DNA of 64,000 nucleotides from Entomortierella parvispora E1425. Its lineage: Eukaryota > Fungi > Mortierellomycota. Below, piece by piece: positions 47,876-60,565 of the stretch. The position numbers and the translations under genes are program-made. The notes under the pieces are model-generated. The model was not told where the DNA came from. It was given only the letters and a program-made list of their open reading frames with translations, and did not search any database. Location of the stretch: positions 1,674,001-1,738,000 of the forward strand of contig BQFW01000001.1 of the NCBI GenBank assembly GCA_020891255.1, given 5' to 3'. Position 1 is the stretch's first letter. Each line of letters starts with the position of its first letter.

Positions 47876-49632
47876 TCAGGAGATGGTACAGCATCCTGAA
47901 GACTGTTTCGAGAACGGATCCGAAGCTGCTTGACCCCACAGACTGGGCAAGAGCGTGTCCTTTGTGCTCGTCACAAACTTGATCAGACTAAAAAAATATG
48001 CAAGGAGAAGAATGGGGGTGGTGGTGTGGGGGAGGGGGGTTAGTGAAACGCGTCTCTGCTTGGGGACGGATTTCTGGGGCCATTTTTCTTTTCTTACCTC
48101 TGACTGGCCTCCGAGACCGAGATACGTCGCATCTCGAGTTGCTCCTTCAAACGCTGGTTATGTTCCAAGAACCGCTTGAGCTTGACATCCGATACGCTGG
48201 AGGACCCAAGTCCCAGTCCAGCGTTGGTTCCTGTTGCAGCGCCTGTTGTCGATGTCGTTGTACCTGTGGCCGATCCTGTGGCCAGGCCACTGGTTCCATT
48301 CAAGGACGCGGAATGTGTCGTAGTCATAGTAGTCGTTGCCGACGAAGAAGATGTAGAGCTGGCGGTGGTCTGTCCATGACCAGATCCAGTGCCGCTGCTC
48401 AACGAAGGCGATCGCAAATGAAGTTCGTTGTTATTGTCGTTGCTAGAGTTATTGAACATGTTGGTGTGGCCACCTCCAGCTACTTGACTCATGATGGGCG
48501 TAGCCATTGGCGTTGAGATGGGACTGGTAGACATGATCTTGTTTTGATGGCTATTGTGTTGAAGAACTTGCTGCTCTGATGGCACCGGCGAGTTGCTCGA
48601 TTTCTTTTGTGCTGTCTGAACGATGGTGGTGGCAGAAAGTTCAAGGTGGGCAGGACCAAGGTCTTCCTTGGGTTTATGACCTTCGGATAAGGAAGATGAA
48701 GACAACGGGGACTGAGAGGAGGATAGATCGAACGCGAGAGCTGGTAATAAATGTGATTGAGTGGAGGCAGCAGTTGCGGTCGCTGTGACGCTCGAGGTCG
48801 TATTGGCGGGCCGTGGCGGTAAACTCGATGGTGGAGATGTGAAATTGGTGTCTTGAGTAACAGCCAGAAGAGGCAAAGTTGTCAATGATGAAGACAGAGA
48901 TGAAGGCAAGGAGGGGGAAGTGGAAACGCCAGAGGGAATCAGGGGAAGATCCTTTTCTTCCTTGTTATACTCAAGTGGCGTTGTGGTTGCTGTTGCAGCG
49001 TCTGTTGAAGTCGTCAAGGAAGGGGTGGCGATGGTGGTGGCGGTGATGGTAGAGCTTGTACTTTGAAGGATCGATAAACGCTTGATCTTGGTGTGGGAAG
49101 GTCTTTGTTCGAAAAAGGTCTTTTTGTCCAAAAGACTGTCTGATGAATGCGACCCATTATTGTAGTGCGCCGATCGTGAGCCCGTCAAGGATTCAACAAG
49201 AGGTGCGGTGGAGACCACGGGAGCAACATTCGCGGAAGTAAAGACACGCGTGTGAGCGTGAGCGTGAGCAGGAAGATGAGGCGTAGCGAACAGAGAGACA
49301 GATGCATGTTGGGAAGCATGCATGGCATCAGATTCATGAGCAAAGGATAGTTCGTCCAAGGGTTCCGATATCGCCAAAGATTCAGCCGCAGTCACCGATG
49401 CATTCGTGTTAAGATGAATCGGCAGGAGGTTAGATGATCCAGTAACAACATCCGCCATAGTACCAGTCGACATTGACGGCGGCAGAGGATCGGATGGTGG
49501 ATGCAAAGGCGGCAGCGGTGAGTTCGAGGAGTTATGTTTAGCGAGGGACGGAACCGCGGTAGATTCAGAGACAAACGAAGAAAGGGTGGAGGGAGGGATG
49601 GAGAGGAGTGTTGGGTTAGTTTCTACGTTCAT
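47876..49632 (-). CDS. Heterotrimeric G-protein gamma subunit with a very long Ser/Thr-rich N-terminal extension, 2 coding exons
   Basis: SDVKLKRFLEHNQRLKEQLEMRRISVSEASQS|LIKFVTSTKDTLLPSLWG..DPFSKQSSGCCTIS*: GGL-type domain with a CCaaX end like yeast Ste18 (CCTLM); about 480 aa of open low-complexity frame upstream. Confidence 0.85.
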
Positions 49633-51725
49633 GGCGGTGGGCCAGTTGTTTTCAATGCGGGGTACTCAAAAAGACGATCGGAGGAAAGGACAGTGGAGGG
49701 GGTCAATAAGAACAAAGATGTAAAGATGCAAGCAGTCAAGAGCGTCCATCGCCTTTCAGCAGGGACACTCTTCTGGCACGTGTAGTCCAATTGCGACAAA
49801 GGACATTGTGGAGCTCATCTGGCTCTGGGTCCCAGAGCCTACTCTGCCTGATAGGAAGGACAGTGGCACGATCCAGAAAAATATCCCATCCCTTGATGCA
49901 GACGAGAAAAAGTCCAGGAGGTCTCTGAGCAATCAGTGTCCTCTGAATCACAATATGAAAACGAGTGAAATAAAGTGCCAAAAAAAAGAGTGAAGTCGTG
50001 CCCGCCCTTCCTTGAACTGTGAGATCGTCAAAAGAAACTGAAGAAACTGAAGAAACACGGGAACAAAATGGGCCCGTGTAGTTGTTCGGGGATAGTCCCT
50101 TTTCTCCAAGAATGTATGAGAACGGCAGGATAATCGTGGGCTCGGTATCGTAGATGAGTTCATGGAGGTTACCTCTATCCTGTTTCTTTGTGGAACTTAC
50201 CGAGAGCTGTGGGGCTAGATGGAGATGGTGTTGGAGTGAACAAGGGCTGCGAGTAAAAAGTGGATTGTAAAGGGAAGAGAGAAGAGACAACGTAAAGTGA
50301 TGAACCTAGGAATGGAGAAGCGTCCAAGGATGAAACGAACGGTTAATGGGGGGTATGCAGGACAGTCAAAGGAGACGAAGGGGAAAAGGGGAAAGGGGTG
50401 AGGACTTGGGCATCATTGTCCTCCCATCTTTGCTGAGCCAGAGCGCCCAGAATTACATTATGATCCAGGGGATGCAATATGCAACTCCAAATAGGGCTCA
50501 GACCCCAAAACGTGGCCCATGCTCGTGTTGTTGGTTGCAATCAATTTTTTTTTTTTTGCCGTTGTCGTTGTGCATAGGTGTGCGAATCCCTTTTTTTTTT
50601 TTTTTGGTACTGTTGTTGTTGACGTTGAATTTGAGCAATGGCCAACCCACGAGATGAGGGTAACAGTACCGTACAGTACAGCAAAAAGGAAAAAAAACAG
50701 AGAACAAGTAAAAGAAAATAAGGAGTTGTTGTTGGAAGAGCTCCAAACAAGGGGAGGTCCAAGGACACAATGGATGCAATGTAATGCAAGGACACGGGGT
50801 TGACGAGCGACGGTGGGTTAGCTGTCCCGGTCGTCGATGAGGAACCCACTAGCAGTGGTCAGGAGATCGGGATGATGGATTGCATATCACTGTCGTGCGG
50901 CGCCACCGCCTCTGCCAGTAAAGAGGCGTTTTTGAAGATGGACTCTCTGGGCATGTCCTGGAGTGCAACCGCAATCAATGGCCTACATTTGTTCTTGCTA
51001 AACTGCAGATCTACAAAAAAACAAAACAAAAAAAACACCCTATCCCGGGCGGCTGGATCATGTTTTGTTCAGGGGCCACATATTCTTCTGACAGTCTTTG
51101 CTCTCCCTCTCTCTCTCCCAGCGTGCGCAATATCAGCAGCAACAACAGTAGTACAACAAAGGACAAGAATTGGTCAGGATAAAAAGGCCCAAACACGGAG
51201 GTTTAAAAGAGGGAAGACAATGCAAAGCATCAACGACGAAAAAAAAAAAAGTCAACCACTACAAGGGAAAACACAACCAACGGCTATTCTGGAGGATATG
51301 GCCAAGAACCTGGCCGTTGAGTTGTCGTCCAGACTGTTTCCTTTGATGTCGTCCTCGCTCAACGAGCTGCCACAAACAGAAAAGGATCAAAGCGAGTCGC
51401 AAATGTCAAGGTAGGAGGCCGGTCCTATTCCGAGAAGAGGGCCTCTGCTACAAAATGCAAAGTTTGACAATACTCACCTCGGCTAAAGAACAAACGTAAA
51501 AGACCAGTTCGTTCTCGCGAGAGGAATGCAATGGAGTAGAAGGAAATGGAGTAGAGGGATGAATGAGGCGGTGGAATGCGAAAGGAATGGCGTGAATGGA
51601 GAGGACACAAGGAAAGGCAGAAGAAGAGGGGCAAAAGTAAAGACGAGAGGGGGAAAGGAAAGGGCAAGGAGGGAGCGATGTGCTGTGATGGGGAAGGCGG
51701 ATGCAGAGCTGATGTCCCTTTTCTT

Positions 51726-51766
<41 letters not shown>

Positions 51767-52548
51767 TGCTCGTCGCTCTCTTGCCTCTTCTCGCTCTGTG
51801 TGTTTGTGTGTCTCCCTCCCTCGCCATCCCTCTCCCTCTGCCTGCGTGTATTGTCTGTTGAATTGAACGGTTTCCTTCCACCACCTTCTTACTGCCAATC
51901 GACAACTCTAGCAAAGGAAAGACAACAAATCCACATGGAAAAAATATCCCTCTCTCCCCTCTTCTCGAGTGCCCGCCACCACAACACGGTCAACTAATAT
52001 GTCGCTCCGTAGATGTGATCGTCTCTTGAGAAAAAGGCGCATATCGTCGATCAAGAAAGACGCGCTGAAAGTAGTCGTTCAACTTATCCAACGACATATC
52101 ATATCGCTGGCGCTTAGATGCCTCCGCCCTGTCGAGAAAATAGTAAAAATAACATCTCCTTGAAAAAAAAAAAAGGTACAGCTCTTGTTAGTCTATCTCG
52201 ACACCTTCGAGTAGTAGTCCACTACAAGGGTGGTTGCTCTTATTTGCGGAGAGGAAGGACACTTGATGATGTTTGTTCTATGCACTATATATTTTTTTTT
52301 TTCGCGTGGAGCTGTGAAAACTGCAGACAAAAGAAACGAGCTTCTAAATGAAATACAAAAAGGGAAAAAACTGCACAATCCTCAAAAACTGCAGAAACGC
52401 ACCAAAGAAACAAAAGGACAATGGATGTGCTAACAAAAATAGTATCAAGAATCATTCATGCAGAAAGTGAGGTGAACATAAAAAAGTATATGCAAGAGAT
52501 GCGAAATGCGTGGGGATTGTGAGGGCGGGCGCAAACACATGTGTCCAA

Positions 52549-55500
52549 TCATTCGCGCTTCGATCCACTATGGTGATGATGATTGCTGAACGCAAGAGCC
52601 GGGTTGTTGGTTCCCGAGTTGGCCTTCATAAGTCGAGGTGTCGACTGCGTAATAGTTTTGATCGCGTCCAAAATGGACTCGCTTGTCGACCGAGAAGACA
52701 TCTCGGTCAGGAGTGTTGAAGTAGACAGCTGCTGGCCACCTCCTACAGCTCCCTCTCCTCCTCCTTCGGTCATAACCCCTAATCCAGACAGTCCTACAAA
52801 CCCCCCGCCAGGAGAAGAGATCGATGAGGATGAAGATAGAGAGGATGAGCGGGACCAGGCATCAAAGGAAGGGGTCGTGGTTGTAGTCGTAGCAATACTT
52901 GTCGCTGGAGAAGACGGCACTGCTGATAAGGTCGACATAGCTGATGTTGTCGTCAATGAAGTTGCCTTGGTCATCATGAGCGGTAAACTAAGTCGAGGCA
53001 GGCTGCCGCTTCGTTGTCTGTAGTTGAGCCTGCTTTTCGACGGTACTGCTGCCATCGCTGCTTTACCCTCACCGTCACCGCCCCCCAGTGCCTCTTTCAA
53101 ATGATGTAAGGTTGGACTCGAAGCAGAGGAGGGGAAAGAGGATGGTGGCTGTGAGGACGAGGAATTTTTTCGATCGACCGAACTCTGGTCAACGGCAAGT
53201 TTTTGGAGACCAGAGGTCAGAGATGGAAATGCATATGAAATCGCTCCAAGAGGCAGTCGAGGCATCACTGCAGGAGAGGCGGCCGTAATCGAAGAAGAGG
53301 TAAATGAAGAAAACCCAGAGAGACTCAACGACCGCCCGTTATGGTGATGGTGATGATGCTGAGCATGGGGCATTGGTTTCCAAGAGCCTGACGAGCTTGC
53401 AGATAAGAGCGAAGCCATGCCGAGTCGTTGACTGGGGGTACTGGTACTCAAGGCCTTCATCGATTTGGTGCCCGTTGGAGACCCTGATTTAGCAGTCGAG
53501 GAAGTTGTTGTTGCAGTGGAAGACACAACTGGATGGTTAACCACGGCCGCGTACGATGAGCTTGTCGTCACCGGAGAGCGTGTTGGGGTAATAGGGAGGG
53601 CCTTTTGGCCAGTTTGAATAGTTAGCGCAGGCACAGTGGTCGTAGAACAGGGCGCAGCAACAGCTGCCCAAGACACGCTTTGGCCACCGGTGTTAGAGTC
53701 TTTTGAGGCTATGGTTGGTGAATCCGAAGAGGAGGACAACGCTGGGAACTCTGAGGAGCCGTCCCCATGGGATACTGAAGACTCCTTGACATCGAGTGCT
53801 TCGATTTCGGACTCCAATTTGCGACTCTCTGGGCCCATGATTTTCACAGGAGAATCGGTCGCAGATTCCGTTGTCGACATGTCTTGTTCACGCTCGATTT
53901 TCGCCATGGTGGTGGCCACTGCCGAGGAAGTAGGCACAGATAGTTCGGCTGTTTGTACGACGATAGGAGCCATCCATCCGACAAGATCTTCAGGGCAGGA
54001 CGCCATTCCCGCCACATGCAGCACCATAGCTTTTTGTCTCTCGGTAAATGCCGGTGTCAAAATAGCACAACGCACCATCCGATTCAAGAGCGTCGGGTGG
54101 ATGGTATTGTACTCCTTTCCAAGATGCATCCGTAGTGACTCGATCGACAACTTGAGGAGCTCGAAAATGTGGTCCCTATGCAACGGTGGCACTCGATGGT
54201 GTTGGTGCCAAGGATACTTTGCCAAAATTGACAAGATGTTCTCGAACGGCCGTTCTGCGCACTTTCTGGAAAAGTGCAACTTGTAGTTACGGCAGACCAC
54301 CAGTAAAGCATTGATCTCCTCCCGGGTGACAAATGGTGGTGTCAATGCCGGTACCATGGTGGTAGTAGTGGCTGATGATGGCATTACTGTCGACTGCCCA
54401 CCTTCTGGTCGACTCGATACAGCATTCTCAGATGATTCGCCTTGGATCAAAGGCTCTCCATCCTGGAACTCTCCAATCCACTTTGGAAAGATGGAGCGCA
54501 TCAGCTCATCCTGACTAGACAACTCCACTGTCACCAAGCGACCCTTTAGAACCTTCAAATTGCGGGTCTGGGCTACTTTCCCGGCCTGCTGACTAGTAAC
54601 CGCCAACTCTACAAAAGCAGAGTTAAAGGTCTTGCCTGTGGCTCGGTCCATGAGAATGTGGACATTTTGCGAGAGAAGATGCTCTGGAGGAACAGGGAAT
54701 CCGTTCAAAAATCCCTGTATATCTTGCAAGGAAACATCCCAAGGAATCTATAAAAAAACGTTGAATATATATTAGCTCACGATATGCTGTTGTAGCAAGT
54801 TAGATCGACCGAATGTCCTTACATTTGTAACTCGAATGACAGCCCATTGAATGGCCTCAGTTCTTGGAGTTGAAGGAGGCACAAAAGGAGGCAGATTGGG
54901 CATCGGTGGAAACGAGAGTATAGTGGCACTGTTGGTTGGAGGGGTCGACCCTGCGCCGTTGTAATATACTGTTGGAGTAGACGAGCGGCTATTGTCGTAT
55001 GCAATACTTGATCGTCTCGCTGCTGGATGGGGTGCATCGGCATGGCGCATCGACTCATAAGGGTGTTCCGCCAAAGCAGGCGTGGACAATGAGGTGGTGA
55101 TGGTGGACATTGTGACAATAGCGTTGGCCACACCAGGAGCCCTAGAATCGCGCCAAAAGCCTGCCGGCGGTCCTGTCATAGCTTGACGTCCTCCTGCTGT
55201 AATGTTGCCAACTCTGTGGTCTTCCTTCAATTCCATGGAATCACGATCGGTCGTCGATACAGCTGTCCCGGTAGACGACTGATATTTCGCTCCAAATTGA
55301 TTGACAGAGCTTCGACGCTGCTGCAGTTGCTGTGAAGAATGGAAGTATCCAGGTGGGGTACGTTGCTGTGTATACGAACTGTTAATCCCACTCGGGCCGG
55401 CACTCAGTGAAGGATCAAGATGGAGTGACGAGGAACGCTCCACAGTCGGCGCAGAGGATGTGCCATAGCTTGCCCCATGCGCCAGGAATGTAGGGGCATA

Positions 55501-58500
55501 CTGACGACCGTAATGGTAAGTGCCATCAACAAACTCTTCCTGCAGGAAGCTTTCTGAACCTCTCCGATTTTGTGTCGAAGACAATGGCGACGAAAGGCGC
55601 TGGTGTTGTTGACGTGCGGGCGGTGGTAAAGAGAGATGACGCTGCTGTTTATGTGAAAGATCCACGTTTCCTGGAATCAAATACGACCGAGAAAGATGCG
55701 GCCCAACACTCGGATTGTTGTCGGTAGGTCCTATTCCATGGGCACAAAATGGACATGGGGGGATCGCGTTCTGGAAAAGTCGCATTGATCGATGCTTCTC
55801 ATGTTGGTGACACACGTTGCAGATCCTACCCGTAGTAAAAAGGCAAACAAAGACAAGTTTAGTCAGTCACCGTCCACTGCATACCGCGCGCGTTCAGTTG
55901 TGCCTTCTTCATTACCTGTGTCCACATGCTCCCAGTGGTACGGTTGAGGGTTGGACACCACATAGTCCACACATCATATACCCCGTCAAGTCTACATTAG
56001 ACTCGTTGCCCGACACTGCAGCAAAGTGTGGATGAAGACTAGACAACTGCCGGCCATCTCCAGATCCTTGTCCTACCATTCCTGCGGATCTATAGTCGAG
56101 CTCCTCTTCAAGACTGGAAAGAGAATGGTCTCTTCGCATCTCTTGTCCATCTCGAAGGTCATGAGGAAAAGTGGGGGGGCCTGCCTGCGGATGTGGATGG
56201 TTAAGACCCCCGCTGCTGCCACCCCCTCCAAATCCATCTAGAGGACTTGTGGATCGTGTAGACGCGCTGGAGGCCGAGGCCTGGGAAGAGACCGAAGCCG
56301 CCACTGCTACTGTGACTGCAGAAGGCGCCGCTCCTATAGATGAATTGCTGGAGAGTCGATAAATCGATGCAAGCGACAGGTAATCCAAGTCGGTTGAAGG
56401 GGCAAAGTCCTGAAGAACAGACTCGGAATTACGACGCTGTTGTCCCATCAGACTCAGTCCAGAAAACGATGATGAGGAAGGCATCACCTTTTTTGACTTC
56501 TCTGAACCCGAAGACGACATCCAAAGATCGAATCCTGGAACAAACCCCCCATGCTGAACCGTACCCTGAGACGATACTGTTGACAGTGAAGTCAAGGATG
56601 AGGAGGCTGTGATGGTAGTGTCGTCCTCCTCAGATCGGCCCATATCTGAGAAGCTAGTTGTGCTAGTGCTAGTGCTTGCGCTGAAGGGCCTCTGCGACGG
56701 AGGACGATGCTTTTGGGCATTCTGATCCAAAGGACTAGGGTCGAATCGACCATAACCATCGTCTCTTCCTTGAAGCGAATGGTCGTCGGTGTTCATTTTG
56801 AGAGTCATGGGGGGTTGAATAGGGTTGGGCAAGACACGGCTGCTTCTTCTGCTGGAAGTGAAGGAAGGGGGTGGATGTGGGGGCTGCTGCTGGGATGAAA
56901 ATCTCTGGCTCGCCTCACCGTCATTCTCATATGAGGTGCTATCATAAAAAGTTGCAAAAGAGGAATCACGATCTTCATCAGGGACGCCTCGATCCCCCGT
57001 CGTAGCAGTCAGATCCCAGGCCAGGGATGAAGCTTGAGGGACAGGGAAAGAAACAGTGTCGTAGAGGGTTCCTGGGAGGACCGTTGACTGAACAATGGAG
57101 GAACACACGCCGTTGCAGGAGGAAGGGAAAGAGCAAATGTAAGAAGACGTTAGTGGAATCGAATAAGGTGCACGCACTGATCACGTCAAAAGACGCGGAT
57201 GGCGAAAGGCGGATGCGGAGGCACAGTGCAGAATCATGGTAGGGCATTGAAGGGCCATGGTCATGACAGCGGGCAGAGAGAGGCGAGGCACTATGCAACG
57301 CAGCGCATTCTGCTAGTTGCTCCAGGGGGTGAGTAACCACTCTGCTGGACAGCCACAGTCGCAGGAAGCACTGCATTGCTGGACCCTTTCGTTTTCCTCT
57401 TCTTCCGGTGGAAACTACTGCGCGTGGGAATTATCGAAGACCACAATGGCAAACAGCACAGGGGTGAACCAAAAAAAAAAGAGACGGAGAAAGACTGAAG
57501 AGTCTTGGACTCTCTTTGGCCTCAACTTTCCTCGCTCTAGACAACCAGAAGAAGACGAACAATGACCCCTCCTCCCTTTCTCCCTCTCCACCTTATCACC
57601 CACTTTTAATAGAAAAAGGGATAGGGCAAACAAAAAAAGGGGATGTGAACGAACAGTGGTTGAACGAGTTGAAGAAGATACCCACCCCACCCAGAGGAAA
57701 AACAAAAGATGCCCAAGATGGCCTCATCCCTTCGGTGCAGAGCTCTCTGTGTTCCCATCAGTCAACATCCAAACCACTTTTTTTGCTGTTGGTGGCAAGG
57801 CAAGGGGTGGGTAACAATATCTGATAAACTACAATGCTCCGAGCAGTAGGTAGAGCATCAAAGAGAACGGGGGTGAGATGGGGAGAAACAAGGGGACAGA
57901 CGATCCTTTCTTACCTGGTCCCATGAACTATTTCTATCGCCGCCACCACCGCCACTGAAGCTGCAGAGCGGGAGATGGGACATGGATGCTCGTCGGCCAA
58001 ACGTGTCGTTGAGGGCATTCCCAGTGGAAAGTAAATGGCTGTTTCCTGGACGAGGATGACCCGGATGCTGAGGAGGTAGATGAAGGTGTGTTCTTGAAGT
58101 CTGAATTTCACCGCATAGATTCGAGGAGGATGCGGAAATCAAGGACGAGCTATGATGCTGGAGATTCGACTGTGCAGAACCAGGGCCATGCTTGTCCCAG
58201 TTCGAGGGCGTTGATCCATGATGAGGAGATTGTACCTGATCTTGACTTTCACGGTGTCCAGCGGCAGAAGAAGGAACTTGTTGCTGCTGCTGCTGCTGCG
58301 ATTGATGCACAGGCGCAAAGTGTTCATAGGTCAACCCCATAGAAGTCCAGTTTGAGAAGTCAACAGTGTGGCGTCTGTGGTCAACCATGGTGGAGAGATG
58401 GCCGGTTGTAAGGAGGTCTTGCTGTGGCTGATAAAACAGAGGTGGGGAGGGGGGTTGTGGTGGTGGAGGACAATCTTCTGGTCTTGTCAGAAGACCAGAT

Positions 58501-58616
58501 CGAAGACTAGTCCCGATCGTACTAGCTGGGGCGCTGGCGGTCGATTGTAGGGAGAAAGATGATGTTGAAAGGAAAAGACTCGGCTTGGATTCGACACTGG
58601 GATCATGCTGGTCCAT
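52549..58616 (-). CDS. RNA-binding protein with C3HC4 RING finger and RRM-like domain; connection of exon 57915-58616 uncertain
   Basis: RING CGLC-X11-CGHR|ICNVC-X18-CPFC spans an intron (about 55914-55829); RRM-like WAVIRVTN|IPWDVSLQDIQGFL..VHILMDRATGKTFNSAFVEL..LKGRLVTVELSSQDELMRSIFPKW followed by a helical region FVTREEI..RPFENILSILAKYPW. Confidence 0.8.
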
Positions 58617-59520
58617 TCCACCAAACTAGATCGAAGCGGCTTCTCTCAATCGACACGCGAGACGATGAGAATATAGAGAAATGAAATGAAAAAGAGGAGA
58701 GACTGTCGCGTTTTTTTTCTCTGCCTTCAGAAAACAAATTGGGGAGGGATGAGGAGAGAAAGGGAAAAGAAAGAAGAAAAGAGGAAAAAGGGTTGTTGAA
58801 GGAAGAGAAATATCTCCTTGGGTCAGCCTGTCGCCTGAGAGGGTCTTTGGCCTTGTTTATGTTTGTTGCGATCGTCCCGAACAGGGAGACGGTGGAGTGC
58901 CGTTAGGTTGAATGTCAATCTTGACCAGGTCTCCAAGAGAGATGCTATCTTGTGTCTGTGCTTGTCCAACAAACCACGGTTTTTCTGGAAGGAAGATCAA
59001 GGTGAAAGGGAGCTAGTGAAGGTAAAACGTTGAGCGAATGGAACGACTTCAACTGCAGTACAGTAGCGAACTGGAGGGGGGGTAAAAGGAGGGAAAGACG
59101 ATGAAGATGACAAAAAAAAAAAAAAAAGACGAAGAGTCAATGAATTTGTAATTTTTGCAAGGAAAGGACAGTAAGCGGCTTTTCTTTAAACATACTTGCA
59201 GACGTTCTTGCGGCCGTTGTTTGGAGTGGAGCTACGATATTATTTGTTCCTTGAGCATCAAGAAAACAAAGCAAAGGATGGAATGATGACAAAGAAGTGA
59301 ATGGTGCCCAGTGTTGGTTGCAGACTGCACACATTCACACTCGACCAGCAGAATGAATCGGACTGGTCCAAGCCCGGGCAATGGCCAAGCAGCCATCATC
59401 AGCAAACTAGCTCATCCACAAAAAGATGAGACGCAGCGGAGGATTGGGTGAAAGAAAGTATATCAACAAAAGGAAGGAGACGAAAAGAGGAGACAGACAG
59501 GAAGAAGGGGGTGCCACTGC

Positions 59521-59572
59521 ACACACAGAAACACAGACACACAGACACACAGACACACAGACACACACACGC
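59521..59572. repeat. Short (ACACAGAC)n/(CA)n repeat
   Basis: Directly visible in intergenic DNA. Confidence 0.8.
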
Positions 59573-60565
59573 ACATAGCGAGACGGTCAGGAGAAGGAAG
59601 AAAAAGAGCACAATAGCCAGAAGGAGTTGTCAAAAGGCGGCCAAGCACGAGTGGACGGGTTCAGACGGAAAGAAAGAGACGCAAGTTTGCACTTGCATTG
59701 TGTCGTCCGCCTTTGTCGCGCGGCCATATCCCCAAGATCACCGTTTAAAAAAGTTCAGCTGCAAGGAAGGACCCTGAAACACCACATGCTGCGTTCTGCA
59801 CCTATACCGATGTCCAAGTGCGTCTTCGTCGGAAGAATCAGCGATGGCTCGTGTCTTGTCCTTGGACTCCTGTGATCTCCTGCACTTTGGTGGTGGGAAA
59901 GAGCACAAGACAGCGCGTGTTCACACCAGGGCATCCATGAATCTCCCGGAAACCTCCAAAGACCTCCGTTCAAATGCATGGACGTCTTCAACAAAGGACG
60001 CCCTGATTTTTTTTCCTTCCAGTTTTGCTCTGATCCCTTCTTTCTGTAGCTGAAGCGGCATACATGGCACGCTCAGCCGATGTTTCTCTCGTACACTTTC
60101 TCTCTCAAGAGGGGGAGAGGGGCAAAAAATGGCAGTAGCACAGGATTTTTTGTCGTGATCATCGAAATCTCACCCCGCCAGAGGCGCACACGTCAGGATT
60201 TCTTGTAAACACGACATCTCCGTATAGCTATTGAGAGAACGGAGTTGTTTGTTGACCCCGTTGCTTTTCCGAGACGGATCTGGGCTCGCGGGTGATCTGC
60301 ACCGATTCTTTCTCTTTTTTTTCCCTTGTGTTTTATCATGAATCACACCACAACTGAAGTACCAGTCGGGTGCTGGGTCCAAGTATGGAGGAATCACAGA
60401 GTGTTTTATAAATTACAGATGGGTTGAGGGAAACAATTGACAATCGAGGGGTGGATATCGTTACGATTCAAACGTAGGTAGAAGTACAGTCATACGGAGG
60501 GAATGCATGGAGAAAATGAGTATCAAAAGTAGAAGATGGGCTTGACCTTGTGTTCTAGACCGGTT

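Noticed and set aside
50800-51414. 204-aa plus-strand ORF
   Set aside because: Starts at a non-ATG codon, crosses A-rich low-complexity tracts and has no motifs; more likely non-coding leader sequence of the minus-strand gene.
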